The notes under the pieces: model-generated
What the model was told of the DNA's origin: nothing
The model's database searches: none
What the model saw: only the letters and a program-made list of their open reading frames with translations
Assembly (NCBI GenBank): GCA_008080735.1
Contig: SHMW01000001.1
Coordinates: 117,047-143,576 of the forward strand
Direction: 5' to 3'
Source: Promethearchaeota archaeon
GTDB taxonomy: Archaea; Asgardarchaeota; Lokiarchaeia; Sigyniarchaeales; SOKP01
Length of the DNA stretch: 26,530 nucleotides
Shown here: in pieces, positions 1 through 9,777 of the stretch
Numbering within the stretch: the stretch's first letter is position 1
How the letters are laid out: every line of letters begins with the position of its first letter
Program-made: the position numbers and the translations under genes

Positions 1-22
1 AATTTTCGATGATGTGAGATTA

Positions 23-319
23 ATGGGTAAAACAAAGAAAGTAGACGCGACTGGGAAATATGGAGCCCGCTATGGTTCTGTAGTCCGTAAGCGAGCTCGG
101 GACGTGTTTGTTCGTATGAAAAGCAAGAATATTAATTGTCCAAAATGTAGAACAAAAGGTTCTGTCCATAGAGTTTCAGTTGGAATTTGGCATTGTAAGA
201 AATGTGATGCTAAATTTACTGGAGGAGCATATGATATTGTCACCGCCAGGGGTGCAGAATCTTTCAGAGTTGCGCGAAGAAAACAAAGAGAAATTGAGTT
301 AATCGAAGAAGAAGAATGA
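23..319 (+). CDS. rpl37ae: 50S ribosomal protein L37Ae (eL43)
   Basis: GKYGARYG motif, CPKC...WHCKKC zinc ribbon and FTGGAY. ATG at 23 preferred: the GTG at 14 lies inside an SD-like GATGTGA 5 nt upstream of the ATG. Confidence 0.97.
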   Translation: MGKTKKVDATGKYGARYGSVVRKRARDVFVRMKSKNINCPKCRTKGSVHRVSVGIWHCKKCDAKFTGGAYDIVTARGAESFRVARRKQREIELIEEEE

Positions 320-588
320 GCGATACCTCCTTTTTTTCCATTCAATCGACAATTACATTTTCATTTGACGATAGTCAGATAAGGGATATTTCTTATGCTT
401 CTTATTTACCAGAGCATAAAAAGGCAAAAACTAAACGTTCCATTATATCAATGCAGAAAAAAGAACCTAATTCATTGGAATTCTCTGTTAAAAGTCAAGA
501 TATTACTGCATTCCGAGCCTCTATGAATGATATTATTTCTTTTGGAAAAATTATTGATAAAATTTTGAACCTTACTGCGTTGAGATAA
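316..588 (+). CDS. pcc1: KEOPS complex subunit Pcc1
   Basis: 90 aa with the LPE...RS...L.F.V.S.DITAFRASMN pattern typical of Pcc1. ATGA overlap with rpl37ae, a familiar archaeal gene order. Confidence 0.85.
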   Translation: MSDTSFFSIQSTITFSFDDSQIRDISYASYLPEHKKAKTKRSIISMQKKEPNSLEFSVKSQDITAFRASMNDIISFGKIIDKILNLTALR

Positions 589-806
589 ACTTTTTTCTCA
601 TATGTAGTTCGACTTTTTAATTGAAAAGTGTGAAAATATATTTTCGCCCAATGGCATTATTGCTGATTTTATTTTTTAACAATACTGAGTAGTTTTCAAT
701 AATGAATTGTTGATGAAAGTGTGTTAGAATTAATAATTAATTAAAAAAAAATTTAAAATTTAGTATATTATCTATTTCATAGAAAATAAAAACGATGTGA
801 AAAAGT

Positions 807-1169
807 ATGACAATCAATCCAAATGATATTAGCCCTGAATTACGAGAAAAGTTAATGAACTTACAAAATTTACAAAATAATTTAGAATTCATAGTGAATC
901 AGAGAATTCAATTAGAAAGCCAATTAAGAGAAACCGAATTAGCAATAGAGGAATTAGAGAAGACAGATCCTGATGAGATTGTATATAAATCGATAGGTGG
1001 GATTATGGTAAAGAGCAGCAAGGATAAACTACTTTCAGAGAAAAAAAATGCCAAAACTACGTCTGAAATGAGAGTAAAAACACTCAAACAAAAAGAAGAA
1101 AGAACTAGAAATCAATTACAACAACTAAGTCAAACTCTCCAGTCCGAACTACAACAACAGTCGGCATAA
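807..1169 (+). CDS. pfdB: Prefoldin subunit beta
   Basis: Coiled-coil / beta-hairpin / coiled-coil layout with the VYKSIGGIMV hairpin; follows pcc1. Confidence 0.95.
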   Translation: MTINPNDISPELREKLMNLQNLQNNLEFIVNQRIQLESQLRETELAIEELEKTDPDEIVYKSIGGIMVKSSKDKLLSEKKNAKTTSEMRVKTLKQKEERTRNQLQQLSQTLQSELQQQSA

Positions 1170-1173
1170 GCTT

Positions 1174-2184
1174 ATGTTTAGATCTGGACTCCATTCTTTT
1201 CATAATTTTTTAAAAAATAAAACACTATTTTTGATCACTTCTCATGATCTAGTGGATCTTGATGGATTTGCTTCCTCTGTATGTCTGAATTTTTTTTTAC
1301 AAACACAACATCAGATAGAGACATTTCTATATTTTTCCAAGATATCCAAGCACACGCAATTCTTCTATGAAATGGTGAAAAAAAAATTTCCTAATTTTCA
1401 AGTAGTATTCGAAGAATCTGTCGGAGATTTAAAGAAATTTGATGGTATAATTATTCTAGATGCTAATGAATTGGATCAAATTATATTTCTTGATAAATCA
1501 TTTCACGATTTTGATAAGATCCCTTATTTCTTTATTGATCATCATTTTAAGGAAGAATTTAAGAATGAGGAGCATATGAACGGAATATTTTTTGATGATT
1601 ATGCATCGACAGCGGAAATAGTCGTGCAGATATTAGATGAATATAATTTTCATATTCCAACTCCTTATCGATATCTTTTAGTGGCTGGGATTTTATCAGA
1701 TTCGGGTTATTTTAAGTTTGCAAATAATAAGACTTTCAAAACAGTCGCCAAATTACTTAATGATAAATCTGACTATCAAGAAATCTTAATGATGTTGAAA
1801 TCCAAACCGGATATTTCTAAGAAGATAGCTCAAATAAAAGGGGCTCAAAGAGCCGAGTTGATCAAGATAAGCGATTGGCTAATCGGAATATCTGAGGTGA
1901 GCAGTTTCGAAGCCAGTGTTGCAAACACTCTAACCAAAATAGGATTTGATATTGCAGTCGTCTTCTCTGAACGTACTAATGAATACCGAGTTAGCTTAAG
2001 AGCACGAAAAAAGGTATGCCTTGAAACTGGACTCCATTTAGGGAAAATATTAGAAGAGATATCAAAATCATATAATGCGAGTGGTGGAGGACACGATGGT
2101 GCTGCTTCTATTAATATTTTGAAAGAAGAAGGAAAGCTGAGAGATGTTATCTTGGCAAAAATTAGAGATGTTTTAAATAAATAA
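1174..2184 (+). CDS. DHH/DHHA1 family phosphoesterase (NrnA-like)
   Basis: Motifs HDLVDLDG, ILD, IDHH, GILSDSG, SLR and GGGH. Confidence 0.9.
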   Translation: MFRSGLHSFHNFLKNKTLFLITSHDLVDLDGFASSVCLNFFLQTQHQIETFLYFSKISKHTQFFYEMVKKKFPNFQVVFEESVGDLKKFDGIIILDANELDQIIFLDKSFHDFDKIPYFFIDHHFKEEFKNEEHMNGIFFDDYASTAEIVVQILDEYNFHIPTPYRYLLVAGILSDSGYFKFANNKTFKTVAKLLNDKSDYQEILMMLKSKPDISKKIAQIKGAQRAELIKISDWLIGISEVSSFEASVANTLTKIGFDIAVVFSERTNEYRVSLRARKKVCLETGLHLGKILEEISKSYNASGGGHDGAASINILKEEGKLRDVILAKIRDVLNK

Positions 2185-2215
2185 TACTTTATTATTAATA
2201 ATTAGTGGTATTGGT

Positions 2216-3067
2216 ATGTCTCCCCTTATTCAATTTCATAATTTTTACTTCAGATACAAAGGCAATGAAATTTATGCGCTAAATAACATAAACTTAAAAA
2301 TCAAAGAAAACAAATTCATCTTGCTTGCGGGAGAAACGGGTTCTGGGAAAACAAGCTTAATAAGATGCATGAATGGATTAATACCCCAGTTTTATTCCGG
2401 GTATTATAAGGGTTGGGTGGAAGTGAATGGAAACGATACCACCAAAACATCGATAGCTGATCTGAGCACTTTTGTTGGTATAGTGTTTCAGAATCCCGAA
2501 AATCAGCTTGTTTCTATGAATGTCGAACATGAGATTGCATTTGGTTTAGAAAATTTAGGGATTCCAAAGGATCAAATAAAGCAAAAAATTGATGAAGTGG
2601 TTCAATTAACTGGTATTGAAGATATATTAGATAAAGCTCCGTTTGAAATTAGTGGAGGAGAGCAACAAAGGGTAGCATTAGCTTCTATATTAGCCTTAAA
2701 CCCAAAAATCCTTATTCTGGATGAACCTACGTCGAATTTAGATCCACTTTTTGCGAGTAGAATTTTGACCCTCCTTGAAAAAATCCATCAAGAGCGAGAT
2801 ATAACTATTATAATTAGCGAACATAGACTGGATCTTTTGATTTCAATTGTGGATGAGATCATCCTAATGAATAAGGGAAAAGTTGTGGAGCATGGAGAAA
2901 AAGAAGAAGTTGTTAATAATATTAATTTCGAACAACTCAAAATCAATAAACCCTTTATACATTCTCTTTTTACAAATTTAAAATCTGAAAAAATATACGA
3001 TGGAAATATCCCTTTTAATTTATCAAAAGCCGCTAGAATAATCAAAAGACTAAAGGAGGGCTCTTGA
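2216..3067 (+). CDS. ecfA1: ECF transporter ATPase component A
   Basis: Walker A GETGSGKT, Q-loop VFQNPENQ, signature ISGGEQQR, Walker B LILDEPT, H-switch SEH. Confidence 0.92.
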   Translation: MSPLIQFHNFYFRYKGNEIYALNNINLKIKENKFILLAGETGSGKTSLIRCMNGLIPQFYSGYYKGWVEVNGNDTTKTSIADLSTFVGIVFQNPENQLVSMNVEHEIAFGLENLGIPKDQIKQKIDEVVQLTGIEDILDKAPFEISGGEQQRVALASILALNPKILILDEPTSNLDPLFASRILTLLEKIHQERDITIIISEHRLDLLISIVDEIILMNKGKVVEHGEKEEVVNNINFEQLKINKPFIHSLFTNLKSEKIYDGNIPFNLSKAARIIKRLKEGS

Positions 3068-3933
3068 TGATGGTTGAGAAAATTCCATTTATAATGATTA
3101 ATAGGGTGAGTTATACATACCCCACTGGAACTCTTGCGTTGAAAAACATTACATTAAGTATCGATCAAGGAGAGATGGTTGGGATCATGGGACCTAATGG
3201 AGCAGGAAAGACCACTCTTATCCGAACTCTAAATGGTTTAGTTAGACCTCAAAATGGCATTATTTTAATTAATGGTGAAAACACAAAAGACAAAACCATC
3301 GCTCAATTATCTAGAACTGTGGGAGTAATCTTTCAAAATCCAGATCATCAATTATTTTCCAATACTGTCGAAGATGAGATTAAATTCTCTCTGAAAAACA
3401 TCTATTCCGAAAAATCAGGAATTCAAGAAAGGACGAGTGCGATTTTAAAACAATTTAACTTTGCTCGATACAAAAATCGTTCTCCATTGAATCTATCTGG
3501 TGGAGAAAAGAAAAAACTTGCTTTAGCATCAGTTGTCTGTCGTGATCCTGACGTCCTTATTTTCGATGAACCGACTCTGGGCCAAGATAAAAAGGAAATA
3601 GAATTCTTTATTAAATTCATTCAAGAAGAGAGAGATAAGGGTAAAACAATCATCATTATAACCCATAATGTCGAATTTGCCTACGATTATATTCCCAGAA
3701 TTGTTTTAATGTCAAAAGGGAGTTTAATCGCTGATGGACCAACTCGGGAGATTTTAACCAAGAAAGAGTTAATCAAGGAAGCATCTTTAGTATCTCCTCA
3801 AATAACCCAGTTTAAGGTCATATTGGAAAAGGAAGGAATTCCTATTCCAAAACGTATCAAGACAGAGGAAGATTTAACAGAATTTCTTTTAGATTATTTA
3901 TCTGATAGAAAATTAAGCCCTGGGGGGGACTAA
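3067..3933 (+). CDS. ecfA2: ECF transporter ATPase component A'
   Basis: GPNGAGKT, FQNPDHQLF, LSGGEKK, FDEPTLGQD, ITH. SD-like AAGGAGGG about 6 nt before ATG 3067. Confidence 0.92.
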   Translation: MMVEKIPFIMINRVSYTYPTGTLALKNITLSIDQGEMVGIMGPNGAGKTTLIRTLNGLVRPQNGIILINGENTKDKTIAQLSRTVGVIFQNPDHQLFSNTVEDEIKFSLKNIYSEKSGIQERTSAILKQFNFARYKNRSPLNLSGGEKKKLALASVVCRDPDVLIFDEPTLGQDKKEIEFFIKFIQEERDKGKTIIIITHNVEFAYDYIPRIVLMSKGSLIADGPTREILTKKELIKEASLVSPQITQFKVILEKEGIPIPKRIKTEEDLTEFLLDYLSDRKLSPGGD

Positions 3934-3937
3934 AAGG

Positions 3938-4705
3938 ATGTCTTTCGAATTTCTGGATTCGTTTAAATTTCTTCAGAAAGACACATTTTTACATTCTCTT
4001 GACCCCCGTTCAAAATTATTTTTGGCGTTTATCTATACCATATCCTCACTCGTATTTACTGAAATTGTACCATTATTTTTATTATTATTAAGCCTAATTC
4101 CAATAATCATTTCCGGAAAAATATTAGGTCAATGGATGAAGAGCATCAGGGGTTTATCATTCCTATTTATATTAATTATTATTCTAAACACCCTGTTTAT
4201 CACTCTTTCCTATGCCATTTCTATGATAATCAGAATTATAACCATGATTACTGCGTTTTCAATTTTTTTTTTAACAGTTGATCCGAATGAACTATCATTA
4301 TCCTTAATCGCAATGAAGGTACCATATGAGTTTGCCTTTAGTTTTTCTTTGGCATTTCGATTTGTACCCACGATCTCTATAGAAGCTCAAAATATTATCG
4401 ATGCTCAGCAGAGTAGGGGGTATGAAATGCAGAAAAAAGGTCTTATTAATCAAGTTAAAAATTTATTTCCCTTATTAGTGCCCCTAATTATTTGCTCAAT
4501 TCGGAGAGCATTTAATGTAGCGGAGGCTTTAGAATCAAGAGGGTTCGGAAGTAAGAAAGAGCGCACTTATTATTATACAATCAAATTTTCCAATAAAGAC
4601 TGGATTTTTACAATATATTTGATTGGTCTCTTATTATTTTGTATCATCATTAGAGTATATGTTAATATATTACCGAGCTGGATTAGCTGGAGTTTGCCGG
4701 TATGA
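3938..4705 (+). CDS. ecfT: ECF transporter transmembrane component T
   Basis: LHSLDPRSK N-terminus, multiple TM segments, and the two Arg motifs AQQSRG and ALESRG. Confidence 0.93.
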   Translation: MSFEFLDSFKFLQKDTFLHSLDPRSKLFLAFIYTISSLVFTEIVPLFLLLLSLIPIIISGKILGQWMKSIRGLSFLFILIIILNTLFITLSYAISMIIRIITMITAFSIFFLTVDPNELSLSLIAMKVPYEFAFSFSLAFRFVPTISIEAQNIIDAQQSRGYEMQKKGLINQVKNLFPLLVPLIICSIRRAFNVAEALESRGFGSKKERTYYYTIKFSNKDWIFTIYLIGLLLFCIIIRVYVNILPSWISWSLPV

Positions 4706-5355
4706 TTCAAGAGGATTTTGATATAAAGCTATATAATATGCATTACACCGTCATCCTTAGTTCTCTAAAATTCAATGATTATCCTTCAGTGGAAGAGATA
4801 TTTGATGTAATAAATCATCTTCAAGAAAAATTTCACAATGCGATAATTCAATTTTTTAATTCCGACCTTATAATTAACCTACAACATATTTTTTATGCGA
4901 TATATTTCTCTCAAAGAGCATTTAGCCAAGAGATTAATATTTCAAATAAAATAAGCATTGAATTTTTATTATATTTAGCAGCAAATCACCAGATTAAAAT
5001 TGCAATTGATTCATTTGGGATTAGGGCCGAACATTTAAATCACGTTCCAATTTATATGTGCATTGTCTCAGAAAAAACTCAGTGTATGCAAATATTTGAA
5101 GATCTACTAAATCATTTTGATGCAGAAGAAATTAAACTTGAGTTTCCTCATTTCACATCTGAAAGAATTGACAAAATAAAAAAGTTCTATAACATCTCTG
5201 AATATCAAATAACCTCTATTCTTAGCACTTTAAATTCAGACCACATCTCAAATTTCAAAGACATAGAAAACGTTGAAATTATTCAAGATGCATTGCTGGG
5301 CGTTGTATGTGAAAAAATGGCTCTATTAAGTTTGGAAGGAGTCAAATTTGACTAA
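4702..5355 (+). CDS. cgi121: KEOPS complex subunit Cgi121
   Basis: IQFFN...H...A...S.RAF...NIS..ISIEFLLYLAA.HQI..AI..FG and C-terminal V.EKMALL, typical of Cgi121. Confidence 0.85.
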   Translation: MIQEDFDIKLYNMHYTVILSSLKFNDYPSVEEIFDVINHLQEKFHNAIIQFFNSDLIINLQHIFYAIYFSQRAFSQEINISNKISIEFLLYLAANHQIKIAIDSFGIRAEHLNHVPIYMCIVSEKTQCMQIFEDLLNHFDAEEIKLEFPHFTSERIDKIKKFYNISEYQITSILSTLNSDHISNFKDIENVEIIQDALLGVVCEKMALLSLEGVKFD

Positions 5356-5894
5356 GATTCTGATTCCGATTCCATGAATTCATTTTTCGGACTGATCACT
5401 TCACCGGGGTTTAAGAAAGAAATCCCGCAAATGTTTTTTAGCAACTCAATCCGAACAATCTTTTCGGGATTTTCTAAATCTACAGGATTATTAATATATT
5501 TCGCAACTGATTCTATAAGAGGTTTTCTCTCAATGAGTTTATTTTTTCTACGTCTTAGTTTAATCCGGAACCTTTCCCCGTTAGAAATATAGTTTGAGTA
5601 ATTTTCCTTGACCATGTTTTCTATTTGCTTCAAATTTGCTTCACATACAAATTGAATTGGCACTATTTTCAATACATACTTAAAAAAATATGGTTCTTGC
5701 GCTAGGATATTCTTAATTTTTTCTATTATCTCAAATTCATTCTTACTTGTTTTAGCGGTGATAAGGCCTTGAAACTCCAAATCTGAGATGATCGGATAAG
5801 GATCATCACATATTACCAACGTAAACCAGAGTTCTGCCTTTGCATTAGTTTCATTATACCGCGGAGACGAAACCAATAAATTGAAATTTTTCAT
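5352..5894 (-). CDS. Stand-alone THUMP-domain RNA-binding protein (Tan1-like)
   Basis: LKIVPI...FRIKLRRR...VDLENPEKIVRIE THUMP pattern. Strong SD GGAGGT upstream of the ATG. Confidence 0.88.
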   Translation of the reverse strand: MKNFNLLVSSPRYNETNAKAELWFTLVICDDPYPIISDLEFQGLITAKTSKNEFEIIEKIKNILAQEPYFFKYVLKIVPIQFVCEANLKQIENMVKENYSNYISNGERFRIKLRRRKNKLIERKPLIESVAKYINNPVDLENPEKIVRIELLKNICGISFLNPGEVISPKNEFMESESES

Positions 5895-5913
5895 TCAGAT
5901 TTACCTCCTTTTT

Positions 5914-6573
5914 TTAGTCAGATATTAAATTCAGTATTTCTTCCTTTCTAATCTTACCTTCTTTCATTATCTCAATTTGATCTTTTGTACAGTCCACAAT
6001 AGTGCTTGCTTCTTTTGATTCAGATTCTCCCGCATCCAGAATGAGATCTATAGGACCTAAAAATGTATTAGAAACCTCTTGACCACTTGTTGCTGGATCT
6101 TCACCCGAATAATTCGCTGAGGTTCCGATTATACCTCCAAATGTCCCTTTCTCTTTAAGAGTTTTTAGAATTTCAGATATTATCTTATTTTCCGGAACAT
6201 TAAGTTTTATGGTTTCTTCACTAGCTGAAACTTCATTAGGAATGATGTTGGGTTGTTTTTTGCGTAATTTTAAAATCAATTGTCCGGGCCAAAAATGAGA
6301 GGCTAATTTCAATGCTCCTGCATTAAATTCAGCAATTTTCTTTGCCTCTTCAAAATCTGAGACTAAAAGAGGAAATCCTTTAGATCTATCCCTAAACTTT
6401 AATCGGTATAATCTCTCCACAGCATTCAAATTGGTGGGATCGCATCCCAATTTATACTCCGATTCCGTCGGAAAGCTAATGATGTTTCCTTCAAGGATAT
6501 GATCTATTGCGATATCTAAGAAAACCTCAATTTCGTTGATTTCTTTATTTTTTATCTTTACTAAAAAACCCAT
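5914..6573 (-). CDS. TsaC/YrdC/Sua5-family threonylcarbamoyl-AMP synthase homolog (YrdC domain only, diverged)
   Basis: FPTE, KxR (KFR), FWPG, TSANYSG and STIVD present. No C-terminal Sua5 domain. ATG at 6573 preferred to TTG at 6585. Confidence 0.85.
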   Translation of the reverse strand: MGFLVKIKNKEINEIEVFLDIAIDHILEGNIISFPTESEYKLGCDPTNLNAVERLYRLKFRDRSKGFPLLVSDFEEAKKIAEFNAGALKLASHFWPGQLILKLRKKQPNIIPNEVSASEETIKLNVPENKIISEILKTLKEKGTFGGIIGTSANYSGEDPATSGQEVSNTFLGPIDLILDAGESESKEASTIVDCTKDQIEIMKEGKIRKEEILNLISD

Positions 6574-6657
6574 ATATAAGACCAATAAAATTGGAAATCC
6601 AAAAAATTTAATGTTTAAAAATAAAATAAAAATAAGATAACTATTAAAAATAAAATT

Positions 6658-7593
6658 TTATATTTGCTCTTGGCATTTTAATTCTGCTTCAAGCCTCTTC
6701 CATTGCTTATCTATTTGATCTTGAAGCTCCATTAGCGTTTTTTCCGATATTCCAGAAAATCGTTTTTGTTGAGAGATATATTCAATCAAGGGTACTCTTT
6801 TATCAGGATCTAATAGACGTCTACTCGGTTTAGAAAGTGTTTTTACTCCATTTTCTACTTCATACAATACCCAAAATCCTGACTTCACTGCTAATTTAGC
6901 AATCTCAATTGTATCTTCTGCAGAATATCCCCAACCTGGTGGACATGGGGCTAATATATGAATATATCTACATCCTTTAATTTCCTTAGCTTTCTTAAAC
7001 TTATCGTAGAGATCTAATGGTTCTGACACACTACAAGTTGCGACATAAGGAATATCATGTGCCTCCATTATCCTTGGTACATCCTTCTTAAATTGCTGTT
7101 TACCGAATGGTGTAGTTGTTGTTTTGGCCCCATGTGGGGTTGAACTACTTCTTTGAATTCCTGTGTTCATGTAAGCTTCATTATCATAACATACATATAT
7201 CATGTCTGTGTTTCGCTCAGCTGCACCGCTTAATCCCTGAATACCGATATCTGTTGTCCCTCCATCTCCAGCAAACGTCATAGCTGTCATATCTTTCCAC
7301 GGACCATCAGGAAATCTTTCTGCCTTAGCTTTAAATGCTGCATCAAGCCCCGTCGCTGCTGCCGCTCCCGCCGCAAATGCCATATTCAGGAAGGGGAAGT
7401 TTGGAGCAGTTTTAGGCCATAGTCCAACTACAACATTTAAACAAGATGCCGGTGCGACTAACGAGGTTTTCGGTCCTAAAGCTTTCATAGCCCAGCGTAG
7501 AGCTATTTCGAGTCCACAACCCGCACAACACGAATTTCCTGGGAGAAAATACTCATCACACGCGTCTTCCAAAACTTCTTTTATAGTTGTCAT
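6658..7593 (-). CDS. porB: 2-oxoacid:ferredoxin oxidoreductase beta subunit (TPP-binding)
   Basis: CAGCG, GDGG...DNEAYMNTGIQRS and PCPPGW. GGAGGTGA lies 7 nt before ATG 7593. Substrate (pyruvate vs ketoisovalerate) cannot be determined by eye. Confidence 0.92.
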   Translation of the reverse strand: MTTIKEVLEDACDEYFLPGNSCCAGCGLEIALRWAMKALGPKTSLVAPASCLNVVVGLWPKTAPNFPFLNMAFAAGAAAATGLDAAFKAKAERFPDGPWKDMTAMTFAGDGGTTDIGIQGLSGAAERNTDMIYVCYDNEAYMNTGIQRSSSTPHGAKTTTTPFGKQQFKKDVPRIMEAHDIPYVATCSVSEPLDLYDKFKKAKEIKGCRYIHILAPCPPGWGYSAEDTIEIAKLAVKSGFWVLYEVENGVKTLSKPSRRLLDPDKRVPLIEYISQQKRFSGISEKTLMELQDQIDKQWKRLEAELKCQEQI

Positions 7594-7595
7594 TA

Positions 7596-8855
7596 TTATT
7601 TCACCTCCAATTTGCCATGCCAAAGAGTACCATGAATCAAATCATCTGGTAATTCTCCAGTTTCATACATTTTTACAAGTATTTTTAATTGGTCTTTCTG
7701 TTCTTCGACACTTACTTCTCTACCGCCAAGTCCAGAAATCATTGGTAACACTTTGGTTTTAATGCCTGTATTATATAAAGATGTTTTAACTTCGCTACTT
7801 ACGGGACCGCCTGTAGGAGATCCAAAGGCCGTAGCTCGGTCAACCACACCTAGAATTTTCACCTTTTTTGCGATGTCTCTGATATCCTCAACCGGAAAAG
7901 GTCTGAAATGTCTTAATTTGACCATTCCTACTTTATATCCTTCTTGCCTCAATTCGTCAACCGCTTGTTCCATTTGCAATGCCAGATCGCCATAAATAAT
8001 AATCGCAACGTCCGCACCATCGAGTTTATATGGTCTTACCATCCCATTTCCGTAATCTCTACCAAATACTTCTTTAAATTCGTTAGCAGCGCTTTTTATT
8101 TTTTCTTTGGCTTTCATCATAGTATCATGTATCTTAAGCCGAAATTCACTATAAAACCCAGATGGCATAATCAGATTTCCATGCATCATCGGTCTCTCTG
8201 GATCTATAAAAATATGATCCCACCCTTTCTCATCAGGAAGCGGTGGCAAATAACTATCCACTAAATCTTGATCCTCAATAATTACTGGTTTCGAGGTATG
8301 AGAAAGAATAAACCCTCCATAGGCGACAAATTTTGGCAACATAACATCGGGATCTTCGCTTACTTTATAGGACATCAAAATCTCATCATAGATTTCTTGA
8401 TGAGTTGCACAGAAGGCGCTCATCCATCCCGTATCCCGAGCAGCAATAACATCGGTAAAATCTGCCCAGATGTTCCATGGGGGGGCAACCCCTCTACTTG
8501 CAATAGCAGTTACTATCGGCAGCCTACTTGAACTTGCCCAATGGATCATTTCATACATATAGAATAATCCTTGACCCGCGGTAGCTGTAAATGTTCTTGT
8601 ACCCGCAATACTAGCTCCAACAATCGAAGCCATAACTGAATGCTCGCTTTCCACTTTAATATATTGTGTCCCTGGCATTAATCCTCCATCAACAAACTCA
8701 CTGAGCTTTTCCACAACAGTTGTTTGAGGGGTAATCGGATATGCGCTTATGACTTGAACACGCGCAGATTTAGCGGCATATGCAGCAGATAGATTGCCTT
8801 TAATGATTTTCGTTTCTTTATCTTGTATAAAATCTTTCTGTTTTGCCTCAGTCAT
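7596..8855 (-). CDS. porA: 2-oxoacid:ferredoxin oxidoreductase alpha subunit
   Basis: AYPITPQT, VESEHS, TATAGQGL, FRPFP and GLGGRE. Confidence 0.93.
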   Translation of the reverse strand: MTEAKQKDFIQDKETKIIKGNLSAAYAAKSARVQVISAYPITPQTTVVEKLSEFVDGGLMPGTQYIKVESEHSVMASIVGASIAGTRTFTATAGQGLFYMYEMIHWASSSRLPIVTAIASRGVAPPWNIWADFTDVIAARDTGWMSAFCATHQEIYDEILMSYKVSEDPDVMLPKFVAYGGFILSHTSKPVIIEDQDLVDSYLPPLPDEKGWDHIFIDPERPMMHGNLIMPSGFYSEFRLKIHDTMMKAKEKIKSAANEFKEVFGRDYGNGMVRPYKLDGADVAIIIYGDLALQMEQAVDELRQEGYKVGMVKLRHFRPFPVEDIRDIAKKVKILGVVDRATAFGSPTGGPVSSEVKTSLYNTGIKTKVLPMISGLGGREVSVEEQKDQLKILVKMYETGELPDDLIHGTLWHGKLEVK

Positions 8856-9202
8856 TCTTCTATTTCACTCTCCCTGACCATTTCAATATTATTGGTGGGA
8901 CATTCTTTCGCACAGATACCACATCCTTTACAGAATATTAAATCTATTTCAAAAGATCCATCATCACCTTTCTTTATTACTCCTTCTGGACAATACATCC
9001 AGCAAATCCCGCACTGATTACACCCTTCTTTAATAATTGGACGAAACGTTCTCCAGTCTCCTGTGGTTCCGATACTTGCATCTATTGGTAGGGAAATTGG
9101 GATTGGTGGTAGTTCCCTCCAGTTTCTATATTCTTGAATTTTTGGTCTCTCTTCTTTTGATTTACAAATATTTTTCCACTTTTCATCTTCCGTTTTACTC
9201 AT
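8852..9202 (-). CDS. porD: 2-oxoacid:ferredoxin oxidoreductase delta subunit (2x[4Fe-4S])
   Basis: TGDWRTFRP, CNQCGICWMYCP and CKGCGICAKECP. Confidence 0.95.
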   Translation of the reverse strand: MSKTEDEKWKNICKSKEERPKIQEYRNWRELPPIPISLPIDASIGTTGDWRTFRPIIKEGCNQCGICWMYCPEGVIKKGDDGSFEIDLIFCKGCGICAKECPTNNIEMVRESEIEE

Positions 9203-9777
9203 TATTTAACCTCCTTCACGGATTTAAATGCATCCTCTGCGACTTTCATATTAATCTCTGATCGTTTTTCACCAAATTCTTCAGTGATTACCTTTTTCAT
9301 GGTATCTAAACCATAAAATCCCGTGATTTTTCCAAACGCACTAAGCATGGGGATGTTAAGTATAGGACCACTCGAAAGCATAAATTTATGATCGATACAT
9401 ATGCCAGTCGCATCGACGATATAAATTTTGATTTTATTCGGCAATTTAGTATCATCTATCGACTTATCACTATTTATGATTAAAGTGGTGCCCTCCTTTA
9501 CTGAATCACGAATTCGCGGAATTTCTAATAGCGAAATATCAAAAACCAGCATGTAGTCGGGATCAACCACACTATCATAGGTTTTGATTGGTTGTGATTT
9601 GGATATCTTAGTGAACGCAGAAATCGGAGCCCCTCGCCTCTCAGCACCTATAATGGGGATTGCGATAGTATCATGAAATCCCGTTTCATATGCAAATTGA
9701 GCTAGAAGCTGACTTGCGGTCACAGCTGTTTGACCTCCCCGTGCAGCGAATGAAATCTCTATTATTCCGTTTTCCAT
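9202..9777 (-). CDS. porC: 2-oxoacid:ferredoxin oxidoreductase gamma subunit
   Basis: RGGQ.AVTA, GAERRGAP and VDATGI. First gene of the gamma-delta-alpha-beta operon. Start at ATG 9777 (TTG 9789 also possible). Confidence 0.92.
   Translation of the reverse strand: MENGIIEISFAARGGQTAVTASQLLAQFAYETGFHDTIAIPIIGAERRGAPISAFTKISKSQPIKTYDSVVDPDYMLVFDISLLEIPRIRDSVKEGTTLIINSDKSIDDTKLPNKIKIYIVDATGICIDHKFMLSSGPILNIPMLSAFGKITGFYGLDTMKKVITEEFGEKRSEINMKVAEDAFKSVKEVK

Noticed and set aside
7594-7623. Longer porB N-terminus (MAWQIGGEII)
   Set aside because: It overlaps the porA end and contains the GGAGGTGA SD that serves ATG 7593.
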